This document shows, one piece after another, positions 59,061 through 64,000 of a stretch of DNA of 64,000 nucleotides. The notes beneath the pieces were generated by a model. That model saw only the letters and a list, made by a program, of their open reading frames with translations, had not been told where the DNA came from and searched no databases. This stretch comes from Polyangiales bacterium (GTDB lineage Bacteria > Myxococcota_A > Polyangia > Polyangiales > Ga0077539). Position numbers and translations under genes: made by a program. The DNA is taken from the NCBI GenBank assembly GCA_044229975.1, contig JBGARZ010000001.1, forward strand, positions 1,024,001 to 1,088,000, in the 5' to 3' direction. The number at the start of each line of letters is the position of its first letter. Positions within the stretch are counted from its first letter, which is position 1.

Positions 59061-59743
59061 GGACCTTCCCCCCGCTGCGCGCGCACCTGGGCGGAGTAGA
59101 TCCCGTGCGGGTGTCGCGCGAGGAACCGATCGGCCTCACGGGTCACCACCGCGGGCGAGGCGCCCAGGGTGCTGGCGCGAAACGTCAGGTAGTCGCGCTC
59201 CTCCGCGAGGGCCGACTGCGGGAAGCGTCGCGCGTGGTCGTGGAGCGTCGTCGCCGCGAGCGCCGCGTCGCCGCTGGCCAGCGCGGCGCGAGCGCGTTCG
59301 AGCGGCGCCGACTCCGCGGCCGGATCGACCGACGCGTGCTCGTGGACGGAGGCGTCGTGGTGCGCCGCGTGGTGCGCCGCGGTCGCGACGGGCGCCGCGA
59401 TGGCGGCCGAGGGGACGACCGCAGGCGCGGCGGTCGTCGCGGTGGGCACCGGCCCGACGCGGGCGACGGGCGTCCGGTGCGTCGGCGGTCGACGCGATCG
59501 CACGACGGCGACGGAGGTGCCCGCGACCACGGCCAGCGCCGCGAGGAACTTCACCACCGTCGCCGCCTTCCACGCCGTGACGCCCGCCGCCTTCGTGAGG
59601 GCCACGCGGGTGAGCGCCGAGGCCGACGCCGCGCGCACCGCCTCGGGCAGCGGGGGCGGCGCGCCGCGCGCCTGCTGGAGCAACGCGCGGACGTGGTCCG
59701 GGGCGCCGCCGCCGGGGTCACGCCATCGGGCCGGGTCTTTCAT
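59057..59743 (-). CDS. Putative transmembrane anti-sigma factor with C-terminal TPR-like motif
   Basis: Coupled to the ECF sigma (ATGA); TM helix; LERARAALASGD..RFPQSALAEER, FLARHP. Confidence 0.75.
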   Translation of the reverse strand: MKDPARWRDPGGGAPDHVRALLQQARGAPPPLPEAVRAASASALTRVALTKAAGVTAWKAATVVKFLAALAVVAGTSVAVVRSRRPPTHRTPVARVGPVPTATTAAPAVVPSAAIAAPVATAAHHAAHHDASVHEHASVDPAAESAPLERARAALASGDAALAATTLHDHARRFPQSALAEERDYLTFRASTLGASPAVVTREADRFLARHPHGIYSAQVRAQRGEGP

Positions 59744-60291
59744 CGGCTGCCTCCCTTCGTCGGATGTTGGAGCGCGGCGAGGCCCTCGGCGAAGGCCGCC
59801 CGCGCCGCGTGCAGGCGAGAATAGACCGTCCCCACGGGGACGCCGATCATCGTCGCGATCTCGGGGCAGGTCATCTCCTCCAGCTCGAACATCACGAACA
59901 CCGCCCGCTTGTCGGCGTCCAGCGCGTCGAGGGCGCGGTTCACGAGGGCGCGGGCCTGCGCGGCCGCGGCAGCGTCCTCGGGCGATCGCCCGCCGCCGAC
60001 GGGCGCCTCGGGGACCGTCTCGACGGCCTCTTCGGGGTGCCGTCGTCGGTGCCGGCGCCACGTCGACACCACGCGCAGGCAGATGCCGTAGAGCCACGTC
60101 GTCAGGAGGCTGGAGCCGTCGAAGGAGTCGAGCCGACGGTGCACCACCAGGAAGACCTCCTGGAGCAGGTCGGGGCGGTCGTCGTCGGGCACCCCCATGC
60201 GGTGCAGCGTCGACCACACGAAGCCGGCCTGTGCAGCGTGGATCGCCTCCACGTCGAGCGGCGCGTGGGCGCGGTCGGGCGCGTCGCTCAT
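59740..60291 (-). CDS. ECF RNA polymerase sigma factor
   Basis: DLLQEVFLVV, TWLYGI, VFVMFELEEM..EIA..GVPVGTVYSRLH. Confidence 0.93.
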   Translation of the reverse strand: MSDAPDRAHAPLDVEAIHAAQAGFVWSTLHRMGVPDDDRPDLLQEVFLVVHRRLDSFDGSSLLTTWLYGICLRVVSTWRRHRRRHPEEAVETVPEAPVGGGRSPEDAAAAAQARALVNRALDALDADKRAVFVMFELEEMTCPEIATMIGVPVGTVYSRLHAARAAFAEGLAALQHPTKGGSR

Positions 60292-60388
60292 GTCGCGGCG
60301 CGGACCGAGCGCGCGCGCGCCGAGGACGTTGGGAGGGAGTGCGAGCCACGCCATGACGGGCGGTGGATGACCGCGCGCGAAGGATCCT

Positions 60389-61438
60389 TCACCGCAACCG
60401 CACGCCCAGCGTCAGATCGCCTTCGAAGGCCAGCGGGGTCGGCTCGAACGAGGGCTCCCGGCGCCCCTCGATGCGCGCGGCCCAGCCGAGCACCGGGACC
60501 ACGCCCCGCGCCTGGAGGCCGAGCGCCAGGTAGCGCCCGAGCGCGATGTGCACGTGCCCGTCGAACCACAGCCCCGCCCAGAAGCGATCACCCGGGTCGA
60601 CCGGCTGGAGCGAGAGCGCCGCCAGGTGCACCGCGCCCCCCATCGCGCCTGCGCAGAGCCCCATCCTCCACGGACCGGGCGACCAGTCGTGGCAGGCGCC
60701 CACGCGCGCGAAGGTGCGCCCGACGCCGACGACGCCGTCGTCGGTGCGGTGGGACGGGACGAGCAGCGCGCCCACCTGCACGCCCCAGCGACGCGAGAGC
60801 GCGACGTCCAGCGAGAGCCCCACGGCCACCGACGGCGACGGGTCGAGGCCGTACGAGCTGCCACCCGAGACCCGCAGCCACAGCGGCAGGACGGGCGGCG
60901 CGGGCGGCAGGCGCGGCGGCGGCGGGCTCGCGGGCGGCGGGGTCGGCGCGGGACATGCCGCGCAGGCCGGGCACTCGACGACCGGGCACACGGGCGCCGG
61001 GGTCGCGGGCGGGGGCACAGGCGGAGGTGGCGGTCGCAGCGCCGCGTCGGGGTCGATGAGCAGCACCACCGCGAGCGCGACGGCGTCGGCCAGGCCCTCG
61101 CAGGTCGGGCCCGGCTGCGCGATGGTCCGTACCGCGTCGCGCTCGCCGGTCTCGCGCAGCACGAGGCGCGCGGTGCGACGGGCCCGACCGCCTGCGTCGA
61201 AGCGGACGACGATGCGTCGCGAGGACGCCTCGTCGAAGCCCTCGCGCCCGAGGCGCCGCCGCACCTCCGCCGTCAGCGCCCCGGAGTCGGGGCAGTCGTC
61301 GGGGCCGCCGTCGAGCACCCGCAGCGACGCGGTTCGCGGGACCTGGGCAACGGCGTCGCGGGCGAACACGGCGAGGGCGACCGTCACGGCGAGGGTGAGA
61401 CGAAAGACCCCGGCGGCGCGATCGATCCCCTGCTGCAT
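60389..61438 (-). CDS. Exported protein, ECF-associated, with probable C-terminal beta-barrel
   Basis: Signal peptide; CP...C..LADAVALAVVLLIDP; Pro-rich linker; amphipathic strands ending LGVRLR. Confidence 0.7.
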   Translation of the reverse strand: MQQGIDRAAGVFRLTLAVTVALAVFARDAVAQVPRTASLRVLDGGPDDCPDSGALTAEVRRRLGREGFDEASSRRIVVRFDAGGRARRTARLVLRETGERDAVRTIAQPGPTCEGLADAVALAVVLLIDPDAALRPPPPPVPPPATPAPVCPVVECPACAACPAPTPPPASPPPPRLPPAPPVLPLWLRVSGGSSYGLDPSPSVAVGLSLDVALSRRWGVQVGALLVPSHRTDDGVVGVGRTFARVGACHDWSPGPWRMGLCAGAMGGAVHLAALSLQPVDPGDRFWAGLWFDGHVHIALGRYLALGLQARGVVPVLGWAARIEGRREPSFEPTPLAFEGDLTLGVRLR

Positions 61439-61628
61439 GGAGGCCGCGCACCATACCCAGGCGCCGCGCGATGTCCACGCCGGGCGAGCGGACCGCGACG
61501 GTTGGCGCGTCGATCAGCCGACGGTCGATTGTCCCGATGGGTCGACCGACGGTCGGCCATGGAGCGATCACAGACCCGACGGAGCGGCACGACGCGCCCT
61601 CCCGACACCATCGGAGACGAAGCCCACG

Positions 61629-61952
61629 ATGCGATCAACCCTCCTGCTCCTCGGCGCCCTCCTCGCAGGATGCGGCGGCGGGTCCGGCTCGACCTGCCCG
61701 ACGACCAGCACCCTCACGTACGACAACTTCGGTCGGCAGTTTTTCGCCAGCTACTGCGACCGCTGCCACGCGGCCGGCGAGCGACCGTCACTCTCCACGC
61801 TCGCGGAGATCCGCGCCCAGTCCACGGCCATCGACGTCGAGTCCGCCGCGGGGCCCAACGCCGTCAACACCGCGATGCCCGAGAGCGGCACGGCGCCCAC
61901 CGAGGCCGAGCGCCGCCAACTCGGCGAGTGGCTCGCCTGCGGCGCGCGGTAG
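61629..61952 (+). CDS. Small mono-haem cytochrome c lipoprotein
   Basis: Lipobox LAGC; YCDRCH; AMP distal Met; ER..L.EWL.CGA. Confidence 0.82.
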   Translation: MRSTLLLLGALLAGCGGGSGSTCPTTSTLTYDNFGRQFFASYCDRCHAAGERPSLSTLAEIRAQSTAIDVESAAGPNAVNTAMPESGTAPTEAERRQLGEWLACGAR

Positions 61953-62070
61953 CGTCGTCCCCTGCGCGCGGGCTTGAAGTCACGGACGCCACGCGACGAG
62001 TCGGCAAAGCTCTCAACCGACGACGCACCGCGTTGACACGCCTCCTCCAACTGTCTCAGCGTGGCGGTCC

Positions 62071-64000
62071 GTGCGTCATCCGAGCATCGCCTCCGACCCG
62101 TCGACCCTCGCGGCCTCCTACGACGTCGTGATCATCGGCTCGGGCTACGGCGGCGCCGTCGCGGCCTCGCGCTTCGCCCGCACCGGCCGCTCGGTCTGCG
62201 TTCTCGAGCGTGGCCGCGAGCACCTCCCCGGCGACTTCCCCCGCACCGTCGCCGACGCGAGCTTCGGCACGCACGTCGATGCCCGCAGCGCCTCCCTCGG
62301 CCGACGCGACAGCCTCTACCAGCTCCACGTCGGCGAGGGGCTCACCGTCGCCTGGAGCTGCGGCCTCGGCGGCGGATCGCTCATCAACAGCGGCGTCGTC
62401 GCGCGCCCCGACGACGACGTGTTGCGCGACCCGCTCTGGCCCGAGGCGCTGCGCCGCGACGACGACGGCAGCTTCGCGCGCGCCTACGAGCGAGCGTGGT
62501 CGATGCTCCGACCGGCGACGTACCCCGAGGGCGGCGTCGTTCCGCGCAAGCTCGCGGCGCTGGAGGAGGCTGCGTCGCGCGTCGGAGGCGAGGCGCGTCG
62601 GCTGCCCGTGTGCGTGTCGTACGAGGCCGGGGTCAACCACGTCGGCGTCGAGGTCGCGGCCTGCACCGGATGCGGCGACTGCAACTCGGGCTGCAACCAT
62701 GGCGCGAAGAGCACCCTCGGCGTCACCTACCTCACCGACGCCGTCGCCCACGGCGCGCGTTGTTTCACGTCCGCAGAAGTCGATCACGTCGAGCGCGCGG
62801 GCGACACCTGGCTCGTCGCGTGCCGCCTCGACGGACTCGGTCGCGAGCGCTTCGACGCGCCGTGGGTGACCCTGCGCGCGAAGGTCGTCGTCGTCGCGGC
62901 GGGTGTCCTCGGCACCAGCGCCGTGCTCTTGCGATCACGCGACCGCGGGCTCTCCCTGTCGGCGCGCGTGGGCCAGCGCGTGAGCGCCAACGGCAACGTG
63001 CTCGGCTTCGCCTACGCGACCCCCGAAGCGCGCGGCGCCCAGGGACTCGGCGAGCGCACCGACGCGACGCCCGTGGGCCCGGGCATCACGGCGATGCTGG
63101 CACTACCCGCGACGGAGACGAGCGAGCGCGTGGTCATCGAGGACGGATCGCACCCCGGGTGGGCCTCTCCAGCGATGGCCGGACTGCTCCTCGCGGGCGC
63201 CTTCTCCGATGCCTCGTGGCAGCAGAAGCTCTCCCGCGCACGGAGCCCATCACGCGCGCTCGCCGGGACGCTCAACCTCCTCGCGATGACCCACGACGCC
63301 GCCGAGGGGACGATCACCCTCGACGACAGCGCACCGCGTCTCTCGTGGAAGGGCGAGGCCCACGCGGGGATGAGTCCGTCGGTCACCCGGCGGCTCGGTG
63401 AGGTCGCGGCCTCGCTCGGCGGTCAGCTCGTGGTGCAGCCCGGCGCCATGACCGCGCAGGCGCTCGGGGGATGTGTCGCCGCCGACCGCGCGGAGGACGG
63501 CGTGGTCGATGACGCCGGGCGAGTCTTCTCGTCGGTGGCAGGCACTGACGTCCACGCAGGGCTCTACGTCACCGACGGGTCTGCCATCCCGCGCTCACTC
63601 GGCATCAACCCGTTGTGGACCATCAGCGCCTTCGCCGAGCGCGCGGTCGAGCGCGCCATCCGCGAGCAGGGCTGGGACCACGCCGCCGCGCCCCCTCCCC
63701 CGCCCCCGGTGCGACCGCAGCCCGAAGCGCTGCGCTTCACCGAGCGCATGAGCGGCGAGATCGACCTCCTCGACGGAGACCAGACGACGCTCTCGTTCAC
63801 CATCACCGTCAGCGTGGACGCCGTCGACGCCCTCGCCCGCGACCCCGGCCGCGCCGTCGGCTTCGTCGGGACGGCGCTGGTGCCTGCGCTCTCCCCTCGC
63901 CCCTTTGCCGTGACCGAAGGGCGCTTCGTGTTCTTCGAGCGCGTCGCCTCGCGCGCGGAGGCGCGGCGCATGACCTACGCGTGCGGGCTCACGAGCCACG
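62071..64000 (+). CDS. GMC oxidoreductase (cholesterol-oxidase-like), runs off the window end; absent from the ORF track
   Basis: Frame from GTG 62071: YDVVIIGSGYGG, LERG, GLGGGSLIN, CTGCGDCNSGC, GLYVTDGSAIP..LGINP.WTISA.AER, then LRFTERM. Confidence 0.88.
   Translation, partial: MRHPSIASDPSTLAASYDVVIIGSGYGGAVAASRFARTGRSVCVLERGREHLPGDFPRTVADASFGTHVDARSASLGRRDSLYQLHVGEGLTVAWSCGLGGGSLINSGVVARPDDDVLRDPLWPEALRRDDDGSFARAYERAWSMLRPATYPEGGVVPRKLAALEEAASRVGGEARRLPVCVSYEAGVNHVGVEVAACTGCGDCNSGCNHGAKSTLGVTYLTDAVAHGARCFTSAEVDHVERAGDTWLVACRLDGLGRERFDAPWVTLRAKVVVVAAGVLGTSAVLLRSRDRGLSLSARVGQRVSANGNVLGFAYATPEARGAQGLGERTDATPVGPGITAMLALPATETSERVVIEDGSHPGWASPAMAGLLLAGAFSDASWQQKLSRARSPSRALAGTLNLLAMTHDAAEGTITLDDSAPRLSWKGEAHAGMSPSVTRRLGEVAASLGGQLVVQPGAMTAQALGGCVAADRAEDGVVDDAGRVFSSVAGTDVHAGLYVTDGSAIPRSLGINPLWTISAFAERAVERAIREQGWDHAAAPPPPPPVRPQPEALRFTERMSGEIDLLDGDQTTLSFTITVSVDAVDALARDPGRAVGFVGTALVPALSPRPFAVTEGRFVFFERVASRAEARRMTYACGLTSH

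Noticed and set aside
62033..62061. sigma70 promoter before the GMC gene (TTGACA)
   Set aside because: No convincing -10 element at 16-18 bp spacing

Overview
Very GC-rich chromosomal window that looks like Myxococcota, probably Polyangiales-like. This is inferred from five Hanks-type kinase or pseudokinase genes, MYXO-CTERM-like tails, a MXAN_5187-like protein and Cys-rich lipoproteins. It holds about 50 CDSs and one tRNA-Pro(CGG). Housekeeping genes (sucA, sdhC, ligA, xseA, aroE, ccmA, an Slt transglycosylase) are interspersed with envelope and signalling genes. No CRISPR array, integrase, transposase or prophage is visible. The most notable features are: (1) a four-gene operon at 55.6-58.4 kb encoding a cytochrome b561-like membrane protein, a surface-sorted Reeler-like protein with a CX5CH motif and two paralogous di-haem lipoproteins; (2) a coupled pair of a 4-Cys YggX-like protein fused to an Sm/LSm-like domain and a DHH phosphoesterase with permuted motifs; (3) a persulfide-handling module (TSUP, split YeeE/YedE, PDO-rhodanese, sigma54 activator) with two visible divergent sigma54 promoters; (4) a perfect 44-bp inverted repeat between xseA and aroE, plus a repeat cluster after aroE; (5) LigA with two BRCT domains and a C-terminal QISLF clamp-type motif. 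All family assignments come from reading motifs by eye, not from database searches.
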